Part shown: one piece after another, positions 1 to 9,859 of the stretch
How the letters are laid out: each line of letters starts with the position of its first letter
Numbering within the stretch: the first letter of the stretch is position 1
Source: Candidatus Entotheonellaceae bacterium
GTDB lineage: Bacteria; Tectomicrobia; Entotheonellia; Entotheonellales; Entotheonellaceae
DNA: 64,000 bases
Direction of reading: 5' to 3'
Assembly (NCBI GenBank): GCA_965238075.1
Contig: OZ250173.1
Coordinates: 256,001-320,000 of the forward strand
Notes under the pieces: model-generated
Database searches by the model: none
Seen by the model: only the letters and a program-made list of their open reading frames with translations
Told to the model about the DNA's origin: nothing
Made by a program: the position numbers and the translations under genes

Positions 1-309
1 TCGCACAGCGCGGATAGCCGGCATAGTGGTCCGGTCACTCGCTCAAGCATAGAGGGCAGGACACTATGGCGTGTGTGGCCGCCGCTGCGCCGGGGCAATC
101 GCCCTGGACATTGGAACCGGCCGGGTAACCGGACGGACTGAACGGGTGGGATTGCCGTCTGATAAACTACGCATAAGGGTACTGGAAACAAATCCAACAC
201 AGGCAGGGTGTCAAGTTTCATGGGGCGCGCTGAACTGCGAGGGCAATAGCCTAGATGGGTGCCGCGCCGGGGACTTTCAACATGATGCCAAACTGGAGGA
301 GAGGTCAGG

Positions 310-2082
310 ATGGCAATCCATCACCAGAGCGAGCACACCGAAGTTGACCACAGCACCGGCCGGCCGGTGATTCGCGGCCGTAACGGCATCGTTTCCACCG
401 GCCACTATCTGACCTCCATGGCGGCGATGCGCCAGTTGCTGGCCGGCGGCAACGCTTTCGACGGCGCCGTGGCCGCCTGCCTGACGGCAGCAGTCGTCGA
501 ACCCACAGCCTCCTATTCGCTGGCTGCCGAGGGGGTCGGCATGTTTTTCCACGCCGCCAGCGGGCAATTGTCGGCGGTGAGCGGTCAGGGTGTGGCGCCG
601 CAGCTTGCCACCGTTGAGACGTTTCGGAGCCGCGGGCTGGAGAAAATTCCCACCGGGCCGGGGCCGCAGGCGCACCTGTCGTTCACCGTGCCCGGCGTGG
701 TGGCCGCGTGCTTCCGTCTGCTCGAAACCTACGGCAGCAAAACCCTGGCGGAGGTGCTGGCTCCGGCCATCGACTACGCCGAGCAGGGTTTTCCGATGTA
801 CGAAACCATGCACCGCCTGCTGGGCAGTCCGGACACCAGGGCCCAGTTCGACTTGTACCCACCCGGCGGCACGGACGTGTTTTACCCCGGAGGCTCGGTG
901 CCGGCGGTCGGCGAACGGTTTGTGCAGCCCCAACTCGCCGCCACCTTGCGCCTGCTGGTGCAGGCCGAGGCGAAGGCCAACGGCTCGCGGCGGGACGGCC
1001 TGCAGGCGGCGCGAGCGGTGTTTTACGAAGGGGAAATTGCCCGCCGCATCGCCGCGTTTTCCGAACGCTGCGGGGGTCTTTTGCGGCGCGACGATTTGGC
1101 CGCCTACCAGGCGCGTATTGAAAATCCCATCGAAATCCGCTTCGCCGGCCACTCGATTCATACGCAATCGACCTGGTCGCAGGCCGGCGTTCTGCTGCAA
1201 ACGCTCAATATGCTTGGGCACCTCGACCTGCCTGCTCTGGGGCACAATTCACCTGCCTACGTGCACACCGTCACCGAAGCCCTGAAGCTGGCCTTCGCCG
1301 ACCGCGAGTGCTACTACGGAGATCCCGAGTTCGCGGCGGTGCCGATCGACGGTCTGCTGGATGAGGCATATGCCGCGCAGCGCCTGCAAGGCATCGGTGA
1401 GCGGGCTTGCCCAGAGTTGCCCCCGCCCGGCACGCCCTCCGGAGCAACGGGTGTATCGACAAGCCCGCAGCCAGCGGCAGCCGGTGTCCCCGAGGCGGCA
1501 GAAGAAGGCACGACACATCTGGCCGTGATCGACGGTGACGGCAACATGGTTTGCCTGACGCCGAGCGGCGGGGTGTTTCGCAAATCGGCTTTTGCGCCGG
1601 AGCTGGGCTGCACGCTCAGCACCCGCAGCGAGATGTTTTTCCTCGACCCCGATCACCCTAACGGCCTGCAGCCCGGCAAGCGCCCCCGCACCACCTTGGT
1701 GAATTACATCGTCAGCAAGGACGCCCAACCTGTCATGACCTTTGGCTGCCCCGGCGGCGACGATCAGGCGCAGGCCAATTTGCAGTTGATGCTCAACGTG
1801 CTCGTCTTCGGCATGGACCCCCAGCAGGCCGTGGAGGCGCCGCGCTTCTCAACCCAGAGCATGCCCAACTCGTTCTACCCGCGCGCCTACCACCCCGGCG
1901 TCCTCAACCTCGAAACGGGTTTCCCGGACGCCACCGCCGCGGCGCTGGCCGCCAGGGGTCACACCATCAACCGCGTCGGCGCCTGCGGGACTGGCGCGGT
2001 CATCACCCAGCGCGATCCCGACACCGGTATCCTGGCCGCCGGCGCCGACCCCCGCCGCCCGACCTACGCCCTTGCCTGGTGA
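310..2082 (+). CDS. Gamma-glutamyltransferase (Ntn hydrolase) family protein
   Basis: GGNAFDGAVAA, TVPG, catalytic Thr in GTTHLAVID, GKRPRTT, GCPGG and C-terminal ADPRR motifs; purine-rich RBS upstream. Confidence 0.93.
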   Translation: MAIHHQSEHTEVDHSTGRPVIRGRNGIVSTGHYLTSMAAMRQLLAGGNAFDGAVAACLTAAVVEPTASYSLAAEGVGMFFHAASGQLSAVSGQGVAPQLATVETFRSRGLEKIPTGPGPQAHLSFTVPGVVAACFRLLETYGSKTLAEVLAPAIDYAEQGFPMYETMHRLLGSPDTRAQFDLYPPGGTDVFYPGGSVPAVGERFVQPQLAATLRLLVQAEAKANGSRRDGLQAARAVFYEGEIARRIAAFSERCGGLLRRDDLAAYQARIENPIEIRFAGHSIHTQSTWSQAGVLLQTLNMLGHLDLPALGHNSPAYVHTVTEALKLAFADRECYYGDPEFAAVPIDGLLDEAYAAQRLQGIGERACPELPPPGTPSGATGVSTSPQPAAAGVPEAAEEGTTHLAVIDGDGNMVCLTPSGGVFRKSAFAPELGCTLSTRSEMFFLDPDHPNGLQPGKRPRTTLVNYIVSKDAQPVMTFGCPGGDDQAQANLQLMLNVLVFGMDPQQAVEAPRFSTQSMPNSFYPRAYHPGVLNLETGFPDATAAALAARGHTINRVGACGTGAVITQRDPDTGILAAGADPRRPTYALAW

Positions 2083-2153
2083 TAGCCGCACGGGTTGACG
2101 GGTATCGGCACAACGGCCTTGTGCCGTCGAGTGGGAAATATGTGATAACCGAG

Positions 2154-2487
2154 ATGATGCCATTGCCGAGGATCTTGCCGGTTTCTGAGATTCACGAACG
2201 ACTGCAGGTCATTTTCCCGGAAGGAACGCCAAACCGGAATTATGTAACGCGCGAAATCGCGGCGGACGGCGTTGCTAGCTCTGGCCACGGAGGCCGGATT
2301 CCGGGAAGAGCAAGTGGCGTTTGTTACGGCCTTTGCGGACCGCGACAATACGGCGTTCAAGGGTTCCGTCAGCGATTTGGCATGGAAATCGTTTGCTTGG
2401 TTTGCGTCCGAACCGGAACACATCATCATGCTGCATCGAGGTACGAACGTCGAACAGGCCCACCTGTCGGATTTGATGCGCAGTTGA
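2154..2487 (+). pseudogene. Internally deleted BsuBI/PstI-family type II restriction endonuclease remnant
   Basis: N-terminus MMPLPRILPVSEIHERLQVIFPEGTPNRNYVTREIAA is joined out of frame near 2262-2265 to C-terminus LLALATEAGF...VAFVTAFADRD...LAWKSFAWFASEPEHII; both resemble the ends of this family from recall. Confidence 0.75.
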
Positions 2488-2524
2488 TCCGAAGTCGTTC
2501 ATCAAAACTTATGAAGGGGTCCTC

Positions 2525-3253
2525 ATGGCAAACGAACAATTGCGCTCCGAGCTGGCGCCAACCGGCGTGCTGCGGGCGGGCATCAACATGGCCAACTTTC
2601 TGCTCGTTACCGGACGCCGGGACGACGGTGCCCCGCAGGGCGTGGCACCGGACATGGCGAGTGCCGTGGCGGAGCGCCTGGGCGTCGAAATCGCGTTCGT
2701 GCCTTACGACACGCCCGGGCAGCTCGCGGACGACGCAACCAACGGCGTCTGGGATATCGGCCTGATCGGCGCTGAGCCGGCGCGCGCCGAGCACATCGCG
2801 TTTTCGGCTGCATACGTGGAGATCGAGGCCACGTACCTGGTGCCGGCGGGTTCGCCAATACAGGCAATATCCGACGTCGACCAACCCGGTGTGCGCATCG
2901 CGGTAGCGGCCCGCAGTGCCTATGACCTTTACCTGACGCGCAACATTCAGCACGCCGAACTGGTGCGCGTAGCCGGCCTGAACGCCTCCTACGATCTGTT
3001 CGTCAACGACAAGCTGGACGCCTTGGCCGGCCTGCGGCCGCGGCTCATATCGGATGTCGAGAAGCTGGCCGGCGCCCGCCTGCTCGACGGCAAATTCACC
3101 GCCGTGCAGCAGGCCATCGGCACGCCGCGGGGCCGTGAGGCCGCCGCGGCGTTCTTGCATGACTTCGTGGAGGAGGCAAAGGCGAGCGGGTTGGTGGGGC
3201 AGTTTATTGAGCGCCACCGAGTCAGGGGTCTGTCAGTGGCGCCGCCGGCATAA
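2525..3253 (+). CDS. ABC-type (family 3-like) substrate-binding protein, no clear signal peptide
   Basis: LAPTGVLRAGIN, WDIG, DQPGVRIAV, SAYDLYL, DALAG. Confidence 0.85.
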   Translation: MANEQLRSELAPTGVLRAGINMANFLLVTGRRDDGAPQGVAPDMASAVAERLGVEIAFVPYDTPGQLADDATNGVWDIGLIGAEPARAEHIAFSAAYVEIEATYLVPAGSPIQAISDVDQPGVRIAVAARSAYDLYLTRNIQHAELVRVAGLNASYDLFVNDKLDALAGLRPRLISDVEKLAGARLLDGKFTAVQQAIGTPRGREAAAAFLHDFVEEAKASGLVGQFIERHRVRGLSVAPPA

Positions 3254-3261
3254 GGAGCCGG

Positions 3262-4050
3262 TCAGATGCAGCGGACGCCGCCGCCGTCGACCGGGGTGAT
3301 GGTGCCGGTCATATAGGAGGCCAGCGGCGAAGCGAGGAAAACGGCGAGGCTGGCGACTTCATCGGGCTCGCCGGGCCGCCGCAGGGGGTAGCCCTGCATC
3401 CAGGCGGTTTCGGTTTCCTGCCGGGATTGGCCGCGCTCGGCGGCCATGGTCGCCATGATAGTGTCCCAACGCTCGGTGCGGATGGGGCCGGGATTGATGG
3501 CATTCACCAGGATGCCATGCGGCCCGCCTTCTTCGGCCAGCGCCTTGGTCATGTTCATCAGCGCCGCGTTGGCCCCGCCCCCGGCGATGTAGGCGGCGCT
3601 CGGCTGCCGGCCGGCGGTGCCGATGATGTTGACGATACGCCCGCTGCCCTTGGCCTGCATCAGGGGAAAAATTTCGCGTATCAGCCGGAGGTAGCCGAAC
3701 ACCTTCAAAGACCAGTCGGTCTGCCAGTCCTCGTCCGGCTTGGCCAGCAGCGAGCCAGCGCGGATGGCGCCGGCGTTGTTGACGAGAATATCAAGCGTGC
3801 TGAAGTGGCTGACCGTCTGCTGCACCAGGCTGCGCACGCCGTCCAGTGAGCTCAGGTCGGCGCTCACCGGCAGCACCCGCACGTCGTGGCGCTGATGCAA
3901 ATCCTCGGCCACGGCCTCCAAGAGATCCGCGCCCCGGGCGCAGAGGGCTAGATTGACACCCTCGGCCGCCAAACCCTCGGCAATCGCCTTGCCGATTCCC
4001 TTGCTGGCCCCTGTCACCAGAGCCACCTGCCCGCGCATGTTCAGTTCCAT
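3262..4050 (-). CDS. SDR family oxidoreductase
   Basis: TGASKGIG, LVNNAG, NAINPG; start placed at MELNMRGQ after an AAGGAAGG RBS. Confidence 0.92.
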   Translation of the reverse strand: MELNMRGQVALVTGASKGIGKAIAEGLAAEGVNLALCARGADLLEAVAEDLHQRHDVRVLPVSADLSSLDGVRSLVQQTVSHFSTLDILVNNAGAIRAGSLLAKPDEDWQTDWSLKVFGYLRLIREIFPLMQAKGSGRIVNIIGTAGRQPSAAYIAGGGANAALMNMTKALAEEGGPHGILVNAINPGPIRTERWDTIMATMAAERGQSRQETETAWMQGYPLRRPGEPDEVASLAVFLASPLASYMTGTITPVDGGGVRCI

Positions 4051-4261
4051 GACTGCTTGAATCCTTCCTTGGTTGATTATTGGCGCCGCTGCCATTGCAA
4101 AAATGATCCGTTCCATTTTATAGCCCGACGATTGGCGGACAAAGACAAAAAATAGCACAGAAACGCCACTCACCCGCCCTTTCCTATCCGTGTGGTAAGC
4201 TTTAGCACCCGTGCGTTGCGGGAACATTCCGCCGCCCCCAATCCCTGCTGATACGTGAGCC

Positions 4262-4966
4262 ATGAGCGAATTCCGGGACGCCTTTCGGACCGCTATTTCC
4301 CTGCTCGTGAATTTCGACGGCGACCTGATGGCCATTGTCGGCTTGTCGCTGTTGGTGAGCCTGTCGGCGGTGCTTCTGGCCGCCATGGTGGGACTGCCGC
4401 TTGGTGCGGCGGTGGCGGCATGCCGTTTTCCCGGCCGGCAGGCGGTGCGGGTGCTTCTCAACGCGCTGCTCGGCATTCCGCCGGTGGTCATCGGGTTGAT
4501 CGTCTACCTGCTGCTGTCGCGCGCCGGACCCCTTGGCGCGTTGGGGTTGCTGTTTACCCCAACGGCCATGATTATTGCCCAGTGGTTGCTGGTGACGCCC
4601 ATCATCGCCGCCCTGACGCAGCAGACGGTCAGCGACCTGCACGACGAATACGCCGAGCAACTTCGGTCCCTCGGTGTCGGCTCTTTGCGCGCCATCCCCA
4701 CTTTGCTGTGGGAGGGCCGCTTGAGCCTGTTAATCGCCGTGATGGCCGGCTTCGGGCGGGCCATTGCCGAGGTCGGCGCCGTCATCATCGTGGGCGGCAA
4801 CATCAATCACGTAACGCGCGTCATGACGACCACTATCGCGTTGGAAACCAGCAAGGGCAATTTGGCTCTGGCCTTGGCGCTCGGCATGATCCTGCTGCTA
4901 CTGGCGCTGGCCGTGAATGCCGCCGCCCTGGTTGCGCGGGACGTCGTCAGCCGCCTTTACGGATGA
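4262..4966 (+). CDS. tupB: Tungstate ABC transporter permease
   Basis: PPVVIGL, LLFTPTAMIIAQ, GFGRAIAEVGA...GGNI...TRVMTTTI. Confidence 0.88.
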   Translation: MSEFRDAFRTAISLLVNFDGDLMAIVGLSLLVSLSAVLLAAMVGLPLGAAVAACRFPGRQAVRVLLNALLGIPPVVIGLIVYLLLSRAGPLGALGLLFTPTAMIIAQWLLVTPIIAALTQQTVSDLHDEYAEQLRSLGVGSLRAIPTLLWEGRLSLLIAVMAGFGRAIAEVGAVIIVGGNINHVTRVMTTTIALETSKGNLALALALGMILLLLALAVNAAALVARDVVSRLYG

Positions 4967-4975
4967 AGGACTGAC

Positions 4976-5731
4976 GTGACAGCGTCCGATACAGAACGCC
5001 AACGTACCGGCGATACCGCCAGCATTTTGCCGCTGCGGGTACGCGACATCTGCTTCGACGCGGGCGGCAAGCGGCTGATTGAGCACATCTCGTTCACGGT
5101 CCATGCGGGGCCATGCCTGATTGTCCTGGGACCCAATGGCGCCGGCAAGAGCTTGTTGCTGCGGCTTTGCCACGGGCTGCTGTCGCCCTCTGAAGGCACT
5201 ATCGAATGGGCCGAAGCCGATCCCATCCGCGCCCGAAGCCAACAAGCCATGGTGTTTCAGCGCCCGGTGCTGCTGCGCCGCTCGGTGGCGGCGAACGCCC
5301 ATTTCGGCCTGCGACTGCGCCGGGTGCCACGGCGGGAGCGGCAGGCCGTGGTGGCCGAAGCCCTGCGACAGGGCGGCCTGAGCCACGTCGCCACCCGCGC
5401 CGCGCGGGTGCTGTCGGGCGGCGAGCAGCAGCGCCTGGCCCTGGTACGCGCCTGGACGCTGCAGCCGCAGGTATTGTTTCTCGACGAACCGACGGCGCAT
5501 CTCGACCCGGCGGCTACGCGGGCCGTCGAAACGCTGCTGAAGCAGTTCCATGCCGCCGGCACCAAACTCATCATGACGACCCACGACCTCGGCCAAGCCC
5601 GCCGGCTGGCCGACGAGGTGCTCTTTCTGCACCGCGGCCGGCTGCTGGAACACAGCCCGGCCGACTCGTTCTTTGCCCAGCCGCACAGCGCCGAGGCGGC
5701 TGCGTTTCTCGACGGGAACCTGCTTTGGTAA
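4976..5731 (+). CDS. tupC: Tungstate ABC transporter ATP-binding protein
   Basis: GPNGAGKS, LSGGEQQR, FLDEPT, THD; follows tupB. Confidence 0.85.
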   Translation: MTASDTERQRTGDTASILPLRVRDICFDAGGKRLIEHISFTVHAGPCLIVLGPNGAGKSLLLRLCHGLLSPSEGTIEWAEADPIRARSQQAMVFQRPVLLRRSVAANAHFGLRLRRVPRRERQAVVAEALRQGGLSHVATRAARVLSGGEQQRLALVRAWTLQPQVLFLDEPTAHLDPAATRAVETLLKQFHAAGTKLIMTTHDLGQARRLADEVLFLHRGRLLEHSPADSFFAQPHSAEAAAFLDGNLLW

Positions 5732-5785
5732 GCACGGGTTGAACCGATGCCGGGAGGAGGCGAGGCATTGCGACCGGTAAGCTTA

Positions 5786-5797
5786 TTGACTTGTCAA
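5786..5797. promoter_or_regulatory. Palindromic candidate operator TTGAC-TT-GTCAA
   Basis: 5-2-5 inverted repeat in an AT-rich stretch just upstream of the MFS gene. Confidence 0.4.
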
Positions 5798-5801
5798 CAA
5801 A

Positions 5802-7028
5802 ATGAAAACGGTGGATTCGATGTCTCGGCTGCATGACCCACACGGTCCAGGCATGCAACTGCCTACCGCATCCAACCCGGCGACGGAACCGCAGTTCCCT
5901 GGCCATCCGGCGGCTCTGGCCTTGGCCGGCCTTGTGTCGCTTGCGGTCGCCATCGGAATCGGCCGCTTTGTCTATACGCCGATTCTGCCTTACATGACCG
6001 TTGGCCTGGAGCTCAGTAAATTGGAAGCTGGCCTGATTGCATCGGCCAACTTCTTGGGATATCTGCTGGGTGCCGTCGCGATGGCATGGCGCGCCTTGCC
6101 GGGGGATCCACGCCGCTGGCTGCTCGGCACCCTGGTGGTGAGCGGGCTCAGCACCGGTGCCATGGCGCTGACAACAAGCCTGGGCCCGTTCTTGCTTCTT
6201 CGTTTTACAGGCGGTGCTGCCGGCGCGCTGGTGATGGTGCTTGCGTCTTCCTTGGTCATGGACCGGCTCGCCGCCGCCGGACGGGCCGGTTGGGCAGCAG
6301 TGATGTATGCGGGGGTCGGCTGCGGCATTGCGATCTCGGCCCTGACGGTACCGGCGATTGCATCGGGAGGTGGCGATTGGCAAGGCCCGTGGCTGCTCTG
6401 CGGTGCCCTTTCCCTCGCCTTGTCGATCCTGGTCGGGGTGCTGTTGCGAACCCCTCCGACTCCTGTGACAGCGGCGATAGGTGCTGGGGCCGATAAGGAG
6501 GAACACGGCCTTCGCCGATTCATTCTCGCCTACGGTCTGTTCGGTTTCGGCTACGTCATCACCGCCACGTTCGTCTCCGACATGGTGCGGGCCGATCCGG
6601 TATTGCAGCCGGCTGAAAACTTGGTGTGGCTTTGCGTCGGACTAACGGCGGCTCCGTCGGTCCCACTTTGGTGTTGGGCCGGCCGTCGTTGGGGCAACGA
6701 GCGTGTCTTTGCGATTGCCTGCCTGGTTGAGGCGGGAGGCGTGGCGCTAAGCGTGTTGGGGGGTGACATTGGGCACCTGCTTCTGGCGGCCGGCCTTCTG
6801 GGCGGGACCTTCGTAGGACTGACCGCGCTCGGTCTCGTGCATATCCGCCGCCTGTCCAGCCGCGACCCGCGCCGCAACCTGGCCCTGATGACCGCCGCCT
6901 TTGGGCTGGGGCAGATGGTAGGCCCGACTCTGGCCGGCGTGCTACACGATTCGCTGGGCAGCTATCTGGCTGCGTCGTTACTTGCCGCGGTTGCTCTTGC
7001 GGCGGCGGCAGCGCTGGCCACCCGCTGA
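5802..7028 (+). CDS. YbfB/YjiJ-like MFS transporter (start uncertain, possibly 5853)
   Basis: AIGIGRFVYTPILP, ASANFLGYLLG, YGLFGFGYVITATF; many hydrophobic segments. Confidence 0.88.
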   Translation: MKTVDSMSRLHDPHGPGMQLPTASNPATEPQFPGHPAALALAGLVSLAVAIGIGRFVYTPILPYMTVGLELSKLEAGLIASANFLGYLLGAVAMAWRALPGDPRRWLLGTLVVSGLSTGAMALTTSLGPFLLLRFTGGAAGALVMVLASSLVMDRLAAAGRAGWAAVMYAGVGCGIAISALTVPAIASGGGDWQGPWLLCGALSLALSILVGVLLRTPPTPVTAAIGAGADKEEHGLRRFILAYGLFGFGYVITATFVSDMVRADPVLQPAENLVWLCVGLTAAPSVPLWCWAGRRWGNERVFAIACLVEAGGVALSVLGGDIGHLLLAAGLLGGTFVGLTALGLVHIRRLSSRDPRRNLALMTAAFGLGQMVGPTLAGVLHDSLGSYLAASLLAAVALAAAAALATR

Positions 7029-7064
7029 ATGGTCCGCCTTCTATAACAATTGAGAAAACGCCCC

Positions 7065-7898
7065 ATGTTTCTCCGCCTGATCATCTGCCTGATCGTCACT
7101 CTCCTGTTCTTACACCCAAATGGCCCCGCCGCTGCCGCGGAACGCTTCATCACTGTCGCCTCGACCACCTCCACCGAGAATTCCGGCCTTTTCCAGGCCA
7201 TCTTGCCGTTGTTCGAGCGCGCTGCCGGCATTGCCGTGCGCGTCGTGGCGGTGGGAACCGGCCAGGCTGTCCGCATGGCAGAACGGGGCGATGCCGATGT
7301 GCTATTCGTCCATCACCAGCCGTCCGAAGAGCAATTCGTGGCCGATGGCTTCGGGGTCAAGCGCCATGACGTGATGTTTAACGATTTCGTGCTGGTGGGC
7401 CCGCGGCACGATCCGGCGGGTATTGGCGGCTTGGCCGACGTTATTGACGGTTTGATGCGGATCGCCGCTCGACAGGCGGTGTTCGTCTCACGCGGCGACG
7501 ACAGCGGTACGCACAAGCGGGAATTGAGTCTTTGGCAAGCGGCGGCAAGCGATGTGGCAGCGGCCAGCGGCACTTGGTACCGCGAGAGCGGCGCCGGTAT
7601 GGGGACAACGCTTAACATCGCCAGCGGCATGGACGCCTACACCCTCACTGACCGCGGCAGCTGGCTCAATTTCAACAATAGAGGCGATTTGGTGGTTCTG
7701 GTGGAGGGCGACCGGCGCCTGTTCAACCCCTATGGCGTCATATTGGTGAACCCGCAGCGCCACCCGCACGTCAAGACGGCGGACGGCCAAACGTTCATCG
7801 ACTGGTTGCTGTCGCCGGACGGGCAAGGAGCCATTGCGGCGTATCGCATCGACGGCCAGCCGGTTTTCTTTCCCAGCGCCGACAAAGACACCCCGTAA
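7065..7898 (+). CDS. tupA: Tungstate-binding periplasmic protein
   Basis: Signal peptide; TTSTENSGL, GTGQA, FVSRGDDSGTH, YTLTDRG motifs. Confidence 0.9.
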   Translation: MFLRLIICLIVTLLFLHPNGPAAAAERFITVASTTSTENSGLFQAILPLFERAAGIAVRVVAVGTGQAVRMAERGDADVLFVHHQPSEEQFVADGFGVKRHDVMFNDFVLVGPRHDPAGIGGLADVIDGLMRIAARQAVFVSRGDDSGTHKRELSLWQAAASDVAAASGTWYRESGAGMGTTLNIASGMDAYTLTDRGSWLNFNNRGDLVVLVEGDRRLFNPYGVILVNPQRHPHVKTADGQTFIDWLLSPDGQGAIAAYRIDGQPVFFPSADKDTP

Positions 7899-7906
7899 AC
7901 GCTGCC

Positions 7907-8755
7907 TCAGCCCTTCACCGCGCCGGTCATGCCGGAGACGTAATTTTCGACGAAAAATGAATAGACGAAGGCCACCGGGATCGAACCCAACAACGCCCCG
8001 GCCATCAGCGAGCCCCAGAAGAACACGTCGCCTTTCATCAGCTCGCTTACCACGCCGACCGGGATGGTCTTCTGCTGCGGTGAGGAGACGAACACCAGGG
8101 CGTACAGAAACTCGTTCCACGACAGCGTAAACGAGAAGATGCCGGCGGAGAGAATGCCCGGCATGCTGAGCGGCAGGACGATTTTCGTCATGGCCTGCAG
8201 GCGTGTCGCCCCGTCGATACGGGCGCACTCCTCAAGCTCGCGCGGGATGGTCTTGAAGTACCCCATCAGCAGCCAGGCGGAAAACGGTACCAGGATGGTG
8301 GGGTAGGTCAGAATCAGCGCCCAGGGCGAGTCCAGCAGCCGCAGGTTGGCGATCACCGAGGCCAGCGGGATGAACAGCAGGGTGGGCGGCACCAGGTAGG
8401 TGATGAAAATCGAGATGCCGAAGGTCGCCGAGCCCGGAAAGCGCAGGCGCGACAGCGAATAGCCGGCCAGCACGCCGGCGAACAGCGAGATGGCGGTGGA
8501 CGCCGTAGCGATCCACAAGGTGTTCCAGGCCCAGCGCACGAACATGGTTTCCTTGAACAGATAGAACCAGTGCTCCAGGGTGGCCTGCGACACGATGAAC
8601 GGCGAGCGCCGCACGTTGTACAGCTCGAAATCCGACTTGATCGAGGTGATGAACATCCAGTAAAAGGGGAACAACATCGCCGCCACGAACAGAAACAGTG
8701 GGATGTAGAAGACGATCAGCCGTTTCAGTAAAGTCTCGCCAACATACGCTTGCAT
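7907..8755 (-). CDS. Carbohydrate ABC transporter permease
   Basis: IPRELEECARIDGA (EAA loop), FTLSWNEF, C-terminal GAVKG. Confidence 0.92.
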   Translation of the reverse strand: MQAYVGETLLKRLIVFYIPLFLFVAAMLFPFYWMFITSIKSDFELYNVRRSPFIVSQATLEHWFYLFKETMFVRWAWNTLWIATASTAISLFAGVLAGYSLSRLRFPGSATFGISIFITYLVPPTLLFIPLASVIANLRLLDSPWALILTYPTILVPFSAWLLMGYFKTIPRELEECARIDGATRLQAMTKIVLPLSMPGILSAGIFSFTLSWNEFLYALVFVSSPQQKTIPVGVVSELMKGDVFFWGSLMAGALLGSIPVAFVYSFFVENYVSGMTGAVKG

Positions 8756-8788
8756 GAATGGAACCGCCTCTCCGGGATGACCGCGCGG

Positions 8789-9811
8789 CTAGTCGCTTCC
8801 CTCGCGCCGCAGGTAGAAAAGCTGCCACAGGATGACCAGCCCGAGAATGGGGAACATGAACAGCGCCGCGGCCGCGCCCTCGCCGAGATTGCCGGAGGTC
8901 ATGCCGAGCTGGTAGGCCAGGGTGGCGAGCAGGTGGGTGCTGTTGTGCGGCCCGCCGCGGGTGAGGATGTACACCACCTGAAAATCCGAGAACGTCACCA
9001 CGAACGAAAACACCGTGACCACCACGGCGATGGGTTTGACGAGCGGCAGGGTGATGTGCCAGAACTTCTGCAACTCGTTGGTGCCGTCGATGTTGCCGGC
9101 GTCATACAGTTCCTGCGGCACCGTCTGCAGGCCCGCCAGGAACATGATGGCGAAGAACGGCAGGCCGCGCCAGGCGTTCACCAGGATGATCGAGAACATT
9201 GCCAGCGCCGGACTCCCCAGCCACAGCGGCCCTCTGAAATAGCCCCAGTTCTCCTTCAGCGCGATGCCGAATACGCTGATCTCCATCTGCCACATCCACC
9301 TGAGCGTCCAGTTGAAAACGCTGAAGGTGGCGTCGAACATCCACAGCCACGCCAGGCCGCTGAGAACGGTGGGAACGATGAACGGCAGCAGCACGGTGGC
9401 GCGGGTGAAGCGCGCCAGTCGGAACTTGCGGTTCAGCAGGATGGCGAGCCACATGCCTAACACCATCTTGATGACCGTAGCGGCAACGGTGAAGACGACC
9501 GTGTTCCAGGCCGCCTGGTGAAAGATGTCGCTCCTCAGGAGCTTGGCGAAGTTGGCCAGGCCGACGAACTTGCCCGGCGTGCCGACCAACTTGTCGGTCA
9601 GCGACATCCACACACCCAAAGAGAACGGGTAGGCGATGAACACGACGATCAGCAGCAGGGCCGGCACCATGAGCACGTAGCCGAGCACGGCCTCGTTCTC
9701 CAGCCACAGGCCAACGCGCTTGCCAAACGACAGGCGCGCTCCGGCTTCCAGGGTATCGGATGTTGCGGTTGGGACGGATTGCGAGGTGGATTTCAACGGA
9801 TGTTCCTGCAT
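8789..9811 (-). CDS. Carbohydrate ABC transporter permease
   Basis: FVGLANF, LAGLQTVPQELYDAG.IDG, LTRGGP. Confidence 0.92.
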   Translation of the reverse strand: MQEHPLKSTSQSVPTATSDTLEAGARLSFGKRVGLWLENEAVLGYVLMVPALLLIVVFIAYPFSLGVWMSLTDKLVGTPGKFVGLANFAKLLRSDIFHQAAWNTVVFTVAATVIKMVLGMWLAILLNRKFRLARFTRATVLLPFIVPTVLSGLAWLWMFDATFSVFNWTLRWMWQMEISVFGIALKENWGYFRGPLWLGSPALAMFSIILVNAWRGLPFFAIMFLAGLQTVPQELYDAGNIDGTNELQKFWHITLPLVKPIAVVVTVFSFVVTFSDFQVVYILTRGGPHNSTHLLATLAYQLGMTSGNLGEGAAAALFMFPILGLVILWQLFYLRREGSD

Positions 9812-9859
9812 GGAGAGGGTGCGCCCGCCGTGTTCGGACCTGGCGGGCGCATCGGCGAA

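Noticed and set aside
1-300. 99-aa ORF at 71-370 or an RNA element at the window start
   Set aside because: No RBS, motif or convincing structure; probably regulatory DNA for genes at and beyond the edge.
2079-2765. 228-aa ORF as a real gene
   Set aside because: It is a chimera of the endonuclease N-terminus and out-of-frame sequence overlapping the next gene.
4060-4261. Moco/tungsten riboswitch upstream of tupB
   Set aside because: No recognisable conserved stems by eye; an Infernal/Rfam search would settle it.
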